Below are positions 1 through 10,119 of a DNA stretch of 64,000 nucleotides, in pieces (position 1 is the stretch's first letter; the number at the start of each line of letters is the position of its first letter). The notes under the pieces were generated by a model. That model ran no database searches, was not told where the DNA came from, and was given only the letters and a program-made list of their open reading frames with translations. A program made the position numbers and the translations under genes. Location of the stretch: assembly GCA_023435745.1 (NCBI GenBank), contig JAEZMD010000007.1, forward strand, positions 106,738 to 170,737. Direction: 5' to 3'. Source of the DNA: Bacillota bacterium. GTDB taxonomy: Bacteria > Bacillota > Clostridia > Acetivibrionales > DTU013.

Positions 1-855
1 ACCTATTACCGAAATATCACCAGGTATTTTCAAACCGAACTCATTGAGTGCATTAACCGCTCCAAATGCGACACTGTCATTTGCGGCACATACTGCTGTT
101 GGTAATTCAGTTGCATTTATCAAAAAATTTTTCATTTGCTTGTAGCCGCTTTCTTTTGAAAAAACTCCGGGAATGATCCAATACTTATCAATATTTGAAA
201 TGTTCTTTTCAATTCCGATTGAGAAGCCCTTATTCCTCAGAACCCCTGAGTACATGCTCGGGTCCCCGTTTATAACGGCGATCTTCCTGTGGTTTAAGCT
301 TGCTATATAGTCAACGGCATTCGTTGCAGTCCTGATACATTCGTAGTTGGCTATAACAAGATTTTTTTCATTCCGGCCATTGAAATCATAGTCAACGACA
401 CCGATTAAAAATCCTTCCGTAACAAGTTCCTCCAGCAGAGGTTCGCTACCTGCCACCCCCTTGAATATTCCTGCATCTATACGCTGTTGGCGAAAAACAT
501 CCTTAACTGTTTTTATGGTTGCTTCATCGGAAGTATCCGAAATAATGTAAGAGAGCACATGATATCCATACATTGCTGCGTTTTCTATAACGGCAGCTAT
601 ATAATATGTATTGAGCAGGTTCTCAGTAACTGCGCCGGATGAAATAAAAAACAAGCCAATTGTATTTGTTCTTTTCCCTTTTAATGCCTGTGCGGATATA
701 TTCGGACTATAGTTATATTCTTCAATTATGCTTAAAACATGATCTCGAGTTTTTTTAGGTACATTAGGATAATTATTGATCACTCTGCTTACAGTACTTC
801 TGGAAACACCGGCCAGCTTAGCTATACTCTCGCTATTAATCATTGAATTACTCAT
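1..855 (-). CDS. LacI-family transcriptional regulator; C-terminus cut by window edge
   Basis: The minus-strand frame is open from ATG at 855 to position 1. It is absent from the ORF track because there is no stop in the window. The N-terminus MSNSMINSESIAKLAGVSRSTVSRVINNYPNVPKKTRDHV is a LacI/PurR-type HTH, and the rest resembles the sugar-binding fold. Confidence 0.85.
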   Translation of the reverse strand, partial: MSNSMINSESIAKLAGVSRSTVSRVINNYPNVPKKTRDHVLSIIEEYNYSPNISAQALKGKRTNTIGLFFISSGAVTENLLNTYYIAAVIENAAMYGYHVLSYIISDTSDEATIKTVKDVFRQQRIDAGIFKGVAGSEPLLEELVTEGFLIGVVDYDFNGRNEKNLVIANYECIRTATNAVDYIASLNHRKIAVINGDPSMYSGVLRNKGFSIGIEKNISNIDKYWIIPGVFSKESGYKQMKNFLINATELPTAVCAANDSVAFGAVNALNEFGLKIPGDISVIG

Positions 856-1054
856 GGAACAAGCCTCATTTCTATCATGCCAGCTCAATCATTGATTAAT
901 CCAGTCTTGGAGTCCATAAACACGTGTTAAATTTTGTATGATTTTAGTTTATCACATGTATTGAAAAAAATCAACACTTTTTTAAAATTCCTATGAATTC
1001 CTTGGAGTCCCTTAGAATTCCTCAAATTTCACTGGCCTTCCTCTGACCTTGTCT

Positions 1055-1104
1055 AAATAGAAAATGAACAAGGCGTGCAGCTGTTATTCCTATATGCACG
1101 CCTT
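1055..1104 (-). terminator. Intrinsic terminator after the dehydrogenase gene
   Basis: Perfect 10-bp stem AAGGCGTGCA (1070-1079) / TGCACGCCTT (1095-1104). On the minus strand it is followed by GTTCATTTTCTATTT. Confidence 0.6.
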
Positions 1105-1123
1105 ATATATCTGTTTGCTATTC

Positions 1124-2014
1124 TTATTTTTTTACCTCAATTCCGGCCATCTTTTCATAGAATTGAACGATTCCGCTGTGATCCAGCCCTGCTTTGCCAT
1201 CCACCTTCAATGCCTGCATGGTCTCCAATATCTGGCTTGTCAACGGTACCGGCACGCCTACCTCATGCGCTGTATCCATCGCATTCATCAGATCCTTTAT
1301 GTGCAGCTCTATACGGAAACCCGGCTTAAAGTTTCTGTTGAGCACCATTGGCGCCTTTGCATCTAAAACCGTACTTCCGGCAAGTCCGCCTCTGATGGCT
1401 TGATATACCTTTTCCGGGTTGACGCCGGCCTTTGTAGCCAGTACCATAGCCTCCGACATTGCGGCAATATTCAAAGCAACAATGATCTGGTTGGCAAGCT
1501 TTGTCATATTTCCGCTTCCAATTTCACCTATCAGGACGACTGAACTTCCCATGACCTTCAATACGCTCTCCACTTTTTCAAAAGCGTCCTGCGGACCTCC
1601 TACCATTATGGAAAGAGTACCGTCGATTGCTTTGGGTTCACCACCGCTGACCGGCGCGTCCAACATAATTCCTCCGGCTTTCTTGAGCTCCTCTGCAATT
1701 TCCTTTGAAGCAAGAGGGGCTATTGAACTCATATCCACCAGTATGGTACCCGCCTTAATTCCTTCGGCTACTCCGTTTTTGCCCAGAACAGCTTCCTTCA
1801 CATGCGGTGAATTAGGCAGCATCGTAATGATGAGATCGGTTTTTTGAGCTACATCCTTCGGTGAGCTTCCCTGTTCGGCTCCCGCTGCTGTTAATTCATC
1901 TGCAGCCGCTTTTACAATATCATACACGACCAAAGAGTAACCTGCCTTCAGCAGGTTCTTTGCCATCGGCTTTCCCATTATTCCAAGACCGATAAATCCT
2001 ACTTTATTAAACAT
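1124..2014 (-). CDS. NAD(P)-dependent beta-hydroxyacid dehydrogenase (3-hydroxyisobutyrate / tartronate-semialdehyde reductase family)
   Basis: N-terminal Rossmann motif MFNKVGFIGLGIMGKPMAKNL and family-typical length. The ATG at 2014 is preceded by GGAGGAAATACA; the longer track ORF (to 2035) lacks an RBS. Confidence 0.85.
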   Translation of the reverse strand: MFNKVGFIGLGIMGKPMAKNLLKAGYSLVVYDIVKAAADELTAAGAEQGSSPKDVAQKTDLIITMLPNSPHVKEAVLGKNGVAEGIKAGTILVDMSSIAPLASKEIAEELKKAGGIMLDAPVSGGEPKAIDGTLSIMVGGPQDAFEKVESVLKVMGSSVVLIGEIGSGNMTKLANQIIVALNIAAMSEAMVLATKAGVNPEKVYQAIRGGLAGSTVLDAKAPMVLNRNFKPGFRIELHIKDLMNAMDTAHEVGVPVPLTSQILETMQALKVDGKAGLDHSGIVQFYEKMAGIEVKK

Positions 2015-2051
2015 TGTATTTCCTCCGGTTCCCACATTAATTTTTACATAC

Positions 2052-3023
2052 CTATTTATTCAACATTTTCCTGACTTTTTCCGCTATATCATGATCTGTG
2101 AGCGCATAATGCTCAAGCAATTCCTCATAAGTATACGCTGACTGGCCAAATACATCCTGTATTGCCACAACTTCTATCGGAACTGCTTTACCACGCAAAG
2201 CATAGGTGATTGCGCTGGCCAATCCTCCGATACAGCTGTGCTCTTCAGCCGTAACGACGCCTTTCATCCCCGCAGCCAGATCATTGATCGCCTCTTCATC
2301 CAACGGCTTTAATGTACTCACATTGACTACTCTTACCGAAACGCCTTCTTTTTCAAGGGTTTCAGCAGCCTTTAAAGCCATTGATACCATCATGCCGATC
2401 GCGAATATTGTTATATCCTTTCCTTCCTTTAATACATAAGGCTTTCCGAGCTTGAACTCCTGATCCTCCGGAAAAATTTCAGGCATATCATTTCTTATAA
2501 TCCTCACATAGACCGGTCCGTCATATTCCGTAATCGCTCTTGTAACTTTTTTCATTTCAATGGCGTCACAAGGAGCGATAACCGTCATGTTCGGAATGGC
2601 TCTCATGATAGCAATGTCCTCCACCGACTGATGAGTGGCTCCGTCGCCGAAGTCGGACAACCCCGAGCTTGAACCGATGATCTTTACGTTCAGCCCTCCC
2701 GTACAAATGCTTTGGCGGATCTGATCGAACGGACGTCCTGACGCAAAAACCGCAAAAGTATTTGCAAATGGGATTTTTCCCGTCAGTGAAAGCCCTGCAG
2801 CAAATGAAATCATGTTTGCTTCCGCAATACCCATTTCAAAATACCGTTCAGGGAATTCCTGCTGGAACTCATACGTCATGGTTGATTTTCCTAGATCTGC
2901 CTCCAGCACTACTATATCCTTGTTTTCCTTACCTAATTCAATCAGGGTTTCCCCATATACCTTTCTCTGGTTGCTGAGCTTTATATCCCGCTCATTGTTG
3001 CCCCCCGCGTTATCCATAGCCAT
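2052..3023 (-). CDS. Transketolase, C-terminal (pyrimidine-binding) subunit
   Basis: 323 aa. Resembles the C-terminal half of transketolase (GIAEANMISFAAGLS, FASGRPFDQIR) and pairs with the N-terminal subunit directly upstream. Confidence 0.9.
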   Translation of the reverse strand: MAMDNAGGNNERDIKLSNQRKVYGETLIELGKENKDIVVLEADLGKSTMTYEFQQEFPERYFEMGIAEANMISFAAGLSLTGKIPFANTFAVFASGRPFDQIRQSICTGGLNVKIIGSSSGLSDFGDGATHQSVEDIAIMRAIPNMTVIAPCDAIEMKKVTRAITEYDGPVYVRIIRNDMPEIFPEDQEFKLGKPYVLKEGKDITIFAIGMMVSMALKAAETLEKEGVSVRVVNVSTLKPLDEEAINDLAAGMKGVVTAEEHSCIGGLASAITYALRGKAVPIEVVAIQDVFGQSAYTYEELLEHYALTDHDIAEKVRKMLNK

Positions 3024-3036
3024 ATCTGCAGCTCCT

Positions 3037-3852
3037 TTACATTAAACTTTTACAAGCCTGATCGTACTGTTCTTGCGTCAAAGATCCATTATGAAATGCA
3101 ACATTATTTTCCGCACAACATATCCCTTTTCCCTTAACCGTATTAGCAATAATAACGGTGGGCTTCCCTTTAACCTTTTCTGCTTTATCCAGAGCATCTA
3201 TGATTTGTTCGATATCATGCCCGTCGATTTCGATAACATTCCAGTTAAATGCTTCCCATTTCTCCTTCAAAGGATTTGTATCGAAGCGTTCAACGATAGC
3301 TCCTGTGGCCTGCAGCCTATTGCGGTCCAGAATTACCGTCAGATTGTCAAGCTTATAATTAGCCGCAGACATGGCAGCTTCCCAGATCTGGCCTTCGGCT
3401 ATTTCACCGTCGCCCACTATACAGTAAACCCTGTACGATTTTTCGTCCAGCTTTGCTCCTGCCGCAATCCCGCAGGATATCGACAGGCCTTGCCCCAATG
3501 AACCCGTATTGGCTTCTATGCCCGGAGTCTTTCTCATATCCGGATGGCCCTGAAGCATGGATCCTAACTTTTTTAATCCTGCCAATTCCTCTTCGCGGAA
3601 ATAACCGCACATGCCAAGCGCGGCATACTGCACTATCGCCGCATGTCCCTTGCTGAAAATCAACCTGTCCCTGTCCTCCCAATGCGGATTCTTTGGATCA
3701 TGCCTCATTTTTTGAAAGTAAAGCACGGATACAACGTCGGCAATTGAACAGGAACCTCCGAAATGGCCTGTCTTGTCTGGTCCTACCATTTTTACGATGT
3801 CGAGCCGGACTGCCTTTGCCTTTTTGCTGAGCCCTTCAATGGAGCTGTTCAT
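3037..3852 (-). CDS. Transketolase, N-terminal (TPP-binding) subunit
   Basis: 271 aa with a TPP-binding signature (GHFGGSCS, GSLGQGLS, VGDGEIAEGQIWEA). This is a split transketolase arrangement. Confidence 0.9.
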   Translation of the reverse strand: MNSSIEGLSKKAKAVRLDIVKMVGPDKTGHFGGSCSIADVVSVLYFQKMRHDPKNPHWEDRDRLIFSKGHAAIVQYAALGMCGYFREEELAGLKKLGSMLQGHPDMRKTPGIEANTGSLGQGLSISCGIAAGAKLDEKSYRVYCIVGDGEIAEGQIWEAAMSAANYKLDNLTVILDRNRLQATGAIVERFDTNPLKEKWEAFNWNVIEIDGHDIEQIIDALDKAEKVKGKPTVIIANTVKGKGICCAENNVAFHNGSLTQEQYDQACKSLM

Positions 3853-3882
3853 AATATCAATCCTTTCTTGTGTGATGTAGTA

Positions 3883-4590
3883 CTACTTGACTTCTTCCGT
3901 TACCAACACTTTTTTAACCTTGCTCATCGTTGAATCAATATGTTCCTTCATAAGCTCGGCAGATAATTTGTCATCCTTGCTTTTTATGGCTTCAAGAATT
4001 TTTTTATGGTAGTATATGCCTCCCTCATAGCCTGTTAATCCGACAATTTCTTCCATTGATTTTTTTAGCATATCCGACAGTATTGCATTCACTTTTATGA
4101 TAACGTTATTATGAGTAGCGATAGCCATAGCATAGTGGAAATTCAAATCCTGGGCCGAAAACAACTGTTTATCGCCCTGACTGTCTTCCATTTTTTTTAT
4201 GATATTGGTCATTCTCTCAATATCATGCTCATCAGCCCGTTTGGATACCAGCCTGGCGCTTTCGACCTCGATAATATTTCTGAATTCAAGCATCTCAAGC
4301 ACATTTGGCCTTTCAATCGTCAATATGGGAAGTAAAGTATCGAAATAGTCACTGGGAATGATCTCAGAAACAAAAGTCCCCTCTCCCCTCTTTATGATTA
4401 AAACTCCCATCCCCACAAGGCGGTGAATTGCTTCTCTCACCGAGACCCTGCTCACTTCAAAAAGATCCACAAGTTCAAGCTCACCGGGTATTTTCGAACC
4501 CGGTGACCATTCCCCTGATACTATTTGATCCTTCATCTGCTCAAATACTTCATCACTGACTCTTTTTTTCTCAATTGCTTTAATAGACAT
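3883..4590 (-). CDS. GntR/FadR-family transcriptional regulator (winged HTH + FCD domain)
   Basis: 235 aa. N-terminus ...SGEWSPGSKIPGELELVDLFEVSRVSVREAIHRL is a GntR wHTH; the C-terminus is an all-helical FCD-like domain. Confidence 0.85.
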   Translation of the reverse strand: MSIKAIEKKRVSDEVFEQMKDQIVSGEWSPGSKIPGELELVDLFEVSRVSVREAIHRLVGMGVLIIKRGEGTFVSEIIPSDYFDTLLPILTIERPNVLEMLEFRNIIEVESARLVSKRADEHDIERMTNIIKKMEDSQGDKQLFSAQDLNFHYAMAIATHNNVIIKVNAILSDMLKKSMEEIVGLTGYEGGIYYHKKILEAIKSKDDKLSAELMKEHIDSTMSKVKKVLVTEEVK

Positions 4591-4687
4591 TGATTACCTC
4601 TTGTCAAAACGACCTAATTCAAATAAATTCTCTCGTTGTAGTAAAGATTTTTTTATCTGTTGAGCTTCAACGAGGCCGACTCGTTAT

Positions 4688-4704
4688 ATGATGTATTACA
4701 TCAT
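4688..4704. promoter_or_regulatory. 17-bp perfect palindrome ATGATGTA-T-TACATCAT; candidate GntR-type operator
   Basis: Seen directly in the sequence. It lies just downstream of a TTGACA/TATAAC-like promoter upstream of the GntR gene. The TGTATTACA core fits the GT-N-AC logic of GntR/FadR operators. Confidence 0.45.
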
Positions 4705-4710
4705 AACACA

Positions 4711-4739
4711 ATGTTATAATATTTATATCTAATTGTCAA
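4711..4739 (-). promoter_or_regulatory. Sigma-A-like promoter of the GntR-transketolase-dehydrogenase unit
   Basis: On the minus strand there is TTGACA (4734-4739) and, 15-17 nt later, TATAAC/TAACAT (4711-4718). Confidence 0.4.
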
Positions 4740-4818
4740 GCAGCATTTTTTGATTCATCACCGCTTACAAAAAATAGTTAAGATCCTTAATATAGCATAA
4801 TCATTTAGGTACAGGGAT

Positions 4819-5613
4819 TTATACTGTTTTACCCTTCCATAAGGGATATACCATGCGTATGATCTTACTGAAATTCTCTGCATCCCATGCACTTCTTCCG
4901 ATAAAAAGGCCATCAATTTCAGGCATTTGTATTAATTCCTCTGCATTCTGAGGATTCACACTGCCCCCATATAGAATAGGTATCTGTAACCCTGTCTTTT
5001 CACCAAACAGCTCAAAAAGAACTTTTCGTATTACTCCATGCTTTTGTGCAGCATACTCTTTGGTCGCGGGTATCCCATTGACACCAATAGCCCACACAGG
5101 CTCATAGGCAATCCATATTTGTTGTGCCTGTTTCTCGTTTACCCCATACAGGCCTATTTTTATCTGAGTACTCAATATCTCGTCGCTTAAGTCATATTCC
5201 TTCTGTTCCAATGTCTCACCTATACATAGTAATGCTTTGAAGCCATGCTCCAAGGCACATCTTACCTTAAGATTCGCCTGCAGGTCTGTCTCGCCCAGTA
5301 CATGACGCCTTTCAGAATGCCCGATCTCCACAATGCTCACTCCGACTTCCTTCAGCATCAACGGAGATATCTCGCCGGTGAACTGTCCCCTATCCTCCCA
5401 GCCCATATTTTGCGCTCCCAGCAGTATCTTGCTTCCCTTCAGCTGCCTTCCTGCGCTCTCCAGCGTTGTGAAGGATGGTATGACGAACAATTCAAGATCG
5501 GTTTCGGGCATGCCTGCTGTCAGTAAATCCAATTCCTTCAAATAGCCAAGTGTCTCGGATATCGTCTTGTACATCTTGGTGTTTGTTCCAAGATATAGTT
5601 TTCTTTGTCTCAT
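4819..5613 (-). CDS. Triosephosphate-isomerase-family paralog (accessory; possible tetrulose-phosphate isomerase/racemase)
   Basis: TIM catalytic motifs are present: GTNTKMY (Lys), IGHSERR (His), AYEPVWAIG (Glu). It sits in a sugar operon rather than with gap-pgk. The ATG at 5613 is preferred over the GTG at 5622. Confidence 0.8.
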   Translation of the reverse strand: MRQRKLYLGTNTKMYKTISETLGYLKELDLLTAGMPETDLELFVIPSFTTLESAGRQLKGSKILLGAQNMGWEDRGQFTGEISPLMLKEVGVSIVEIGHSERRHVLGETDLQANLKVRCALEHGFKALLCIGETLEQKEYDLSDEILSTQIKIGLYGVNEKQAQQIWIAYEPVWAIGVNGIPATKEYAAQKHGVIRKVLFELFGEKTGLQIPILYGGSVNPQNAEELIQMPEIDGLFIGRSAWDAENFSKIIRMVYPLWKGKTV

Positions 5614-5615
5614 CA

Positions 5616-6089
5616 CTAACACTCCCCCGACACTTTCAGGTTTTCAGATTCTATCTTCCTAATTTCTTCCACCTTAGGAGTCGAAGGTCCATCCTTGAAG
5701 GTCAGAGTTATCCATTCACCCAGAATCTTCTTCGCCAGTTCATACCCTATAACCCGTTCACCCATACAAATGACATTACAGTCATTGCTCAGTATCGACC
5801 GCTCTGCCGAAAAATTGTCATGACACAGCGCCGCCCGAATCCCATAGAATTTATTAGCTGTTATAGACATTCCAATTCCTGTACCGCATACCAGTACACC
5901 TTTCTTGCTGTAACCGCTGTCTATGATCGCATTACATACCTTTGCTGCCACATTCGGGTAGTAAATGCTGTCTTCCTTGGAAAAACAACCGACATCCTCC
6001 ACGTTTATACCTTTTTTCTTCAAAAAATCGACTAAAACATCTTTCATATCTACAGCCGCATTGTCGCAGCCTATCACTATCGTATCCAT
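5616..6089 (-). CDS. rpiB: RpiB/LacA/LacB-family sugar-phosphate isomerase
   Basis: 157 aa with MDTIVIGCDNAAVDMK... and VLVCGTGIGMSITANK, typical of RpiB. Confidence 0.85.
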   Translation of the reverse strand: MDTIVIGCDNAAVDMKDVLVDFLKKKGINVEDVGCFSKEDSIYYPNVAAKVCNAIIDSGYSKKGVLVCGTGIGMSITANKFYGIRAALCHDNFSAERSILSNDCNVICMGERVIGYELAKKILGEWITLTFKDGPSTPKVEEIRKIESENLKVSGEC

Positions 6090-6093
6090 TAAC

Positions 6094-6741
6094 CTACTCC
6101 CCCTTCTGCTGTTCCATCCATTCCCTCATCGCCCTGAACATCAGATAAACACTTGTCGCTCCCGCATCCTGGTACCCTATCGCTCTTTCCATCAGCGACT
6201 TCGCCCGTCCGAATTTTGCAATATAATTCTTTGTCGCGTCCATACCCTGTTCCGCCGCTTTCTCTGCGGCCGCCAGCATCTCGGTGAAATCCTTGCCTGC
6301 TGCTGCATATTCACTCATTGCAATGCACGCCGGCTCGAATGCATCTACCATTGTCTTGTCTCCAGGCTCGGCTTTCCCACGCTGTTTTATTACTGCAAGG
6401 CTCTTTTCCATAATCTGAGCAAAACTAACGGTTGTCAATTCGTCAATCGTATCTGCGCCTTTTATGCCTCCCAGGAAAATTGAACTGAATATGACTCCCG
6501 ATGCGCCTCCCATTGAGTTGAGCATTGCCATACCAATTTCCCTGAACATATCGTTTATGCTTCCAAATTCCTTTGCTTCGAGCACGCTCTTCACTTTGAG
6601 AAATCCGGTCTCCATACCGATGCCGTGATCCCCGTCACCTATTTTTGAATCCACTTGTGTAAGGTATGGCTTGCTTTCAATTATTTTACCGGCGAGATAT
6701 ATCAACATTTCTTTTGTTTGAATAATATTAAGCCGCTCCAT
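6094..6741 (-). CDS. dhaL: Dihydroxyacetone-kinase-family subunit L (nucleotide-binding)
   Basis: 215 aa with the DGDHGIGM motif, next to DhaK. Confidence 0.9.
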   Translation of the reverse strand: MERLNIIQTKEMLIYLAGKIIESKPYLTQVDSKIGDGDHGIGMETGFLKVKSVLEAKEFGSINDMFREIGMAMLNSMGGASGVIFSSIFLGGIKGADTIDELTTVSFAQIMEKSLAVIKQRGKAEPGDKTMVDAFEPACIAMSEYAAAGKDFTEMLAAAEKAAEQGMDATKNYIAKFGRAKSLMERAIGYQDAGATSVYLMFRAMREWMEQQKGE

Positions 6742-6769
6742 TAAATCCTCTCCCCGCTACATTCAATTA

Positions 6770-7762
6770 TCACCTTCTGTTATAGTATGGGCTCCAGCAA
6801 GGCACATCATAGTACTTCTGCAGCTCGTCATCCAGCCTGAACAAAGTGATCGAGGCTCCCGCCATTTCCTGTGTGGTTATATATGAATTGACTTCCATGT
6901 CGTATATAACTATATTTGCTTCCTTCAACCTTTTTGCCAGATGGCGGTTCATTATATATAACTCTGCTAGAGTCGTAGAACCTAAGCCGTTTACAAGTGT
7001 ACAAACGCGATCCCCGGCTTTTATACCCGAATCTTCAAGTATCTTATCCAGCAATATATCTGTGATCTCATCCGCAGGAAGTATTTTCATGCGTTTGATC
7101 CCGGGCTCGCCGTGAACTCCCATGCCGAATTCTATCTCATCGTCCGGCAGCGTGAAGGCAGGCTTGTCTTCCCCGGGTATCGTTCCGCCCGACAGCGCCA
7201 CTCCTACACTAAATATATTGTCTCTGGCTTTCGCGGTAACCCTGTATGCTTCGTCAAGGTCTAAACCCGCCCCGGTTGCGGCACCCCCTATCTTTATTAC
7301 ATAAAGGTCTCCCGCTATTCCTCTGCGATCCTCAGTCCTTTCCTTTGGAGCAGAGGATATATCGTCCCACACCCGTACGGTACGGCTTTGTATGCCCATA
7401 TCCTCGAGCATTTCAGCGGTCATGTCGAAGTTCAGATTGTCACCTGCATAGTTGCCGTATACGAACAGGATTCCCTTTCCCCTGTTCACCGATAATGCGG
7501 TTTGCAGTATCGTATTCGGATCCGGCGATGCGAATATGTTGCCGGAGGCTGTGGCATCCGCTAGGTTTTCTCCAAGGAACATCGCGAAAAGAGGCTCGTG
7601 TCCGCTGCCGCCTCCGATTACAAAGCTGACTTTGTCCTTTACCTCTCTGACTTTCAGTCCCTTTACGGCTCCAACCCGTTCATACAAATGCCCGTATGCT
7701 TCTATAAAGCCTTCCAGTGTTTCATTCACAACATCCTTCGGCGAATTAATTATTTTTTTCAT
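6770..7762 (-). CDS. dhaK: Dihydroxyacetone-kinase-family subunit K (substrate-binding)
   Basis: 330 aa with MKKIINSPKDVVNETLEGF... and GGGSGHEP, typical of DhaK. Confidence 0.9.
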   Translation of the reverse strand: MKKIINSPKDVVNETLEGFIEAYGHLYERVGAVKGLKVREVKDKVSFVIGGGSGHEPLFAMFLGENLADATASGNIFASPDPNTILQTALSVNRGKGILFVYGNYAGDNLNFDMTAEMLEDMGIQSRTVRVWDDISSAPKERTEDRRGIAGDLYVIKIGGAATGAGLDLDEAYRVTAKARDNIFSVGVALSGGTIPGEDKPAFTLPDDEIEFGMGVHGEPGIKRMKILPADEITDILLDKILEDSGIKAGDRVCTLVNGLGSTTLAELYIMNRHLAKRLKEANIVIYDMEVNSYITTQEMAGASITLFRLDDELQKYYDVPCWSPYYNRR

Positions 7763-7820
7763 TGGCTATTGCCCCTCCCTGGCACGACTTTACATTATCA
7801 TTAACATTGAGAACACCGTA

Positions 7821-9200
7821 TCACATTCTGTCTATTGCAATCCCTGGAATGTACTTGCATACTTCTTCTAATACGTCAGCAAATTTCCCATGCACTCCCG
7901 CACAGTGGTGTATGTACGGGCCTTCCACAAGAGTCCTCTCCCATTTCACCCAGTTGTCCACTTCGAGCCACATATAGGTTCCCTTTGTTTTGGGTCCGTC
8001 TATGCCTTTCCCTTCTCCTATGAACATCCGGTATTCTCCATGATCGCCATCAAACCTTAGAACTGTTACATCGCCGTTCTTTATTTTCCATTCCCCCGTT
8101 CCGCATTTATGCTCGGGGAATATGAAATGATGTCCCAGTTCCTTTGCTGAATTCTCATCGGCAAGCGACGGCGGGAAGTTTCCGCAGTGCCATAAAAGCT
8201 CTGCATTGTCGTTTTCCGGATGACGCACGGTAAGATCGGCGAAAAATACGGGTGACGCTGAAAGCGAGGCTTCCTGCAGCAATATAGCTGTTATCGCACC
8301 ATGTATATCCGTTTCACACACCACCGGCAGACCTTCCTCAGCAAGCATTGCGTTTACCATACACGGCATTATCCCAAGGCCCGTCTGAAGAGCATTCCAG
8401 CATTGTATTGCTACACAGGTGCAGCCATTCTCTTCGCTCATCCTTCTGATTGCAACCTTTAATGCGGCAATCTTCCTTACGTCATCCTCATCGTTGCCGG
8501 CTACGCACACTGTGCTTCTGATCTTCTCCATTGACCTTTCAAACTCTTCTCCTGCCTCATCCTTTATCTTCAGCGTCAGCTGTACCAGATCTATAAGTGA
8601 AACAGGAAATGTATGAATATTGAATTTTTCTATCAATTCTCCCTCGTTGCAGATAACTGACCAAAATCCGTCTGGTCTCGGCCCTATCTGGAGAATCTTT
8701 AGCCTTCTGAAAGCCCTGACTGCGGAGCATACCCTGATAAACCTGCGGTAGCCGCTTATGAACGCATTTTCCTCCGGCCGGCAGTTTTCAATGTATGTGA
8801 ATGGTACGTTGAATCGGCGCAAAACTTTTCCGGTCGCAAACAGACCGCACTGAGTATCCCTCGTTCTCAGTCCGTCGTCCAGAGGCGCATCGTCTCTCGG
8901 CCCCCATAAAAGCACCGGTTTTCTTAATTCTCTTGCTGCCTTGGCGACCAGATCCTCTGTTCCGAAATTGCAGTGTGGAAAAAACAGTCCATCGACTTCA
9001 TTTGCCTTCATTTTTGCTATAATGGCAGGAAGTTCCCTTTCGTCAAATAGCAGTCCCTCGCTATTTATATCATCAATATCTATCAGCTCTGCGCCAAGCG
9101 GCTTAATAGTCTCCAGAACCAACTGCCTATATCTGCGTGCTTCATCTTTGCTAAATACGTTTCGTCTCGTCGGCAAATACCCTATTTTTACTGTTCCCAT
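7821..9200 (-). CDS. L-fucose/L-arabinose-isomerase-family aldose-ketose isomerase (substrate unknown)
   Basis: 459 aa. The N-terminus VKIGYLPTRRNVFSKDEA and the overall length and pattern resemble the short FucI-like family of Firmicutes. Confidence 0.7.
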   Translation of the reverse strand: MGTVKIGYLPTRRNVFSKDEARRYRQLVLETIKPLGAELIDIDDINSEGLLFDERELPAIIAKMKANEVDGLFFPHCNFGTEDLVAKAARELRKPVLLWGPRDDAPLDDGLRTRDTQCGLFATGKVLRRFNVPFTYIENCRPEENAFISGYRRFIRVCSAVRAFRRLKILQIGPRPDGFWSVICNEGELIEKFNIHTFPVSLIDLVQLTLKIKDEAGEEFERSMEKIRSTVCVAGNDEDDVRKIAALKVAIRRMSEENGCTCVAIQCWNALQTGLGIMPCMVNAMLAEEGLPVVCETDIHGAITAILLQEASLSASPVFFADLTVRHPENDNAELLWHCGNFPPSLADENSAKELGHHFIFPEHKCGTGEWKIKNGDVTVLRFDGDHGEYRMFIGEGKGIDGPKTKGTYMWLEVDNWVKWERTLVEGPYIHHCAGVHGKFADVLEEVCKYIPGIAIDRM

Positions 9201-9279
9201 ATTTTACACCCCGTTATCTGTTTCAGATTTGATTATCAAAAGCTAGCCAATGCTATTTATTTAATAACCCGTAATAATA

Positions 9280-10116
9280 TCAACCCTTGACGGATCCTGC
9301 AGTCACACCTGCAATAATTTGTTTGCTTAGTATTAGATAAGTCAATATTGTTGGTACTACTGCAATTGAAATCGCCGCAAAAGTCGCACCCCAGTCCCTT
9401 CCTATCTGAGAATCCATATATGCAGCAAGCCCGGCCTGCAACATCTTTTGACTGGTAGATGATACAAAAGTTTGTGACACAAGAAGGTTATTCCATATAC
9501 CAAAGAAGGTAAGCATTAGTACTGTAACGTAACCATTACCAGTCATCGGTACTGCAATATGGAAGAAACATCTGTATACGCCGCACCCGTCTATTACTGA
9601 TGATTCTATTATCTCATCAGGTATAAATTTATAGAATCCGATAAGCAAAAAAGTAGCCATGGATATGCTGCTTCCAAAAGCAATGATCAACGCCCATAAG
9701 GTATTTAAAACATTCATATTCCTGAACATAATAAACTGTGGCAGCAATAGTACAAAAGGAGGGATAAACATACCCAATCTGATAAATAATGAAACGGCGC
9801 CAGACAATTTCCATTTAAGCTTGCTTAATGCAAAAGCTGCAGTAGAACTCAGTACTAAAACTATAAAAAGAGAAGCAATCGTTACAATAACTGTATTTTT
9901 AAAAAGCACACTAACCTTTCCAACTGTCCAGGCATATACATAATTGCCCAGATAGAGACCTTCCGGAAGTGAATAAATAGGATTCATTGTGAATTCCTCT
10001 GTTGTCTTAAAGGAAGAAAGAACAAGCCATATTAAAGGATATACTTCCACGATAAGGAAGGTGATAATAAAAATACGCAATATTATCTTTCCGAATTTTT
10101 TCTTGTCTTTTTTCAT
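9280..10116 (-). CDS. Carbohydrate ABC transporter permease
   Basis: 278 aa, multi-TM, MalG/BPD_transp_1-like; follows a partner permease. Confidence 0.9.
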   Translation of the reverse strand: MKKDKKKFGKIILRIFIITFLIVEVYPLIWLVLSSFKTTEEFTMNPIYSLPEGLYLGNYVYAWTVGKVSVLFKNTVIVTIASLFIVLVLSSTAAFALSKLKWKLSGAVSLFIRLGMFIPPFVLLLPQFIMFRNMNVLNTLWALIIAFGSSISMATFLLIGFYKFIPDEIIESSVIDGCGVYRCFFHIAVPMTGNGYVTVLMLTFFGIWNNLLVSQTFVSSTSQKMLQAGLAAYMDSQIGRDWGATFAAISIAVVPTILTYLILSKQIIAGVTAGSVKG

Positions 10117-10119
10117 TAT

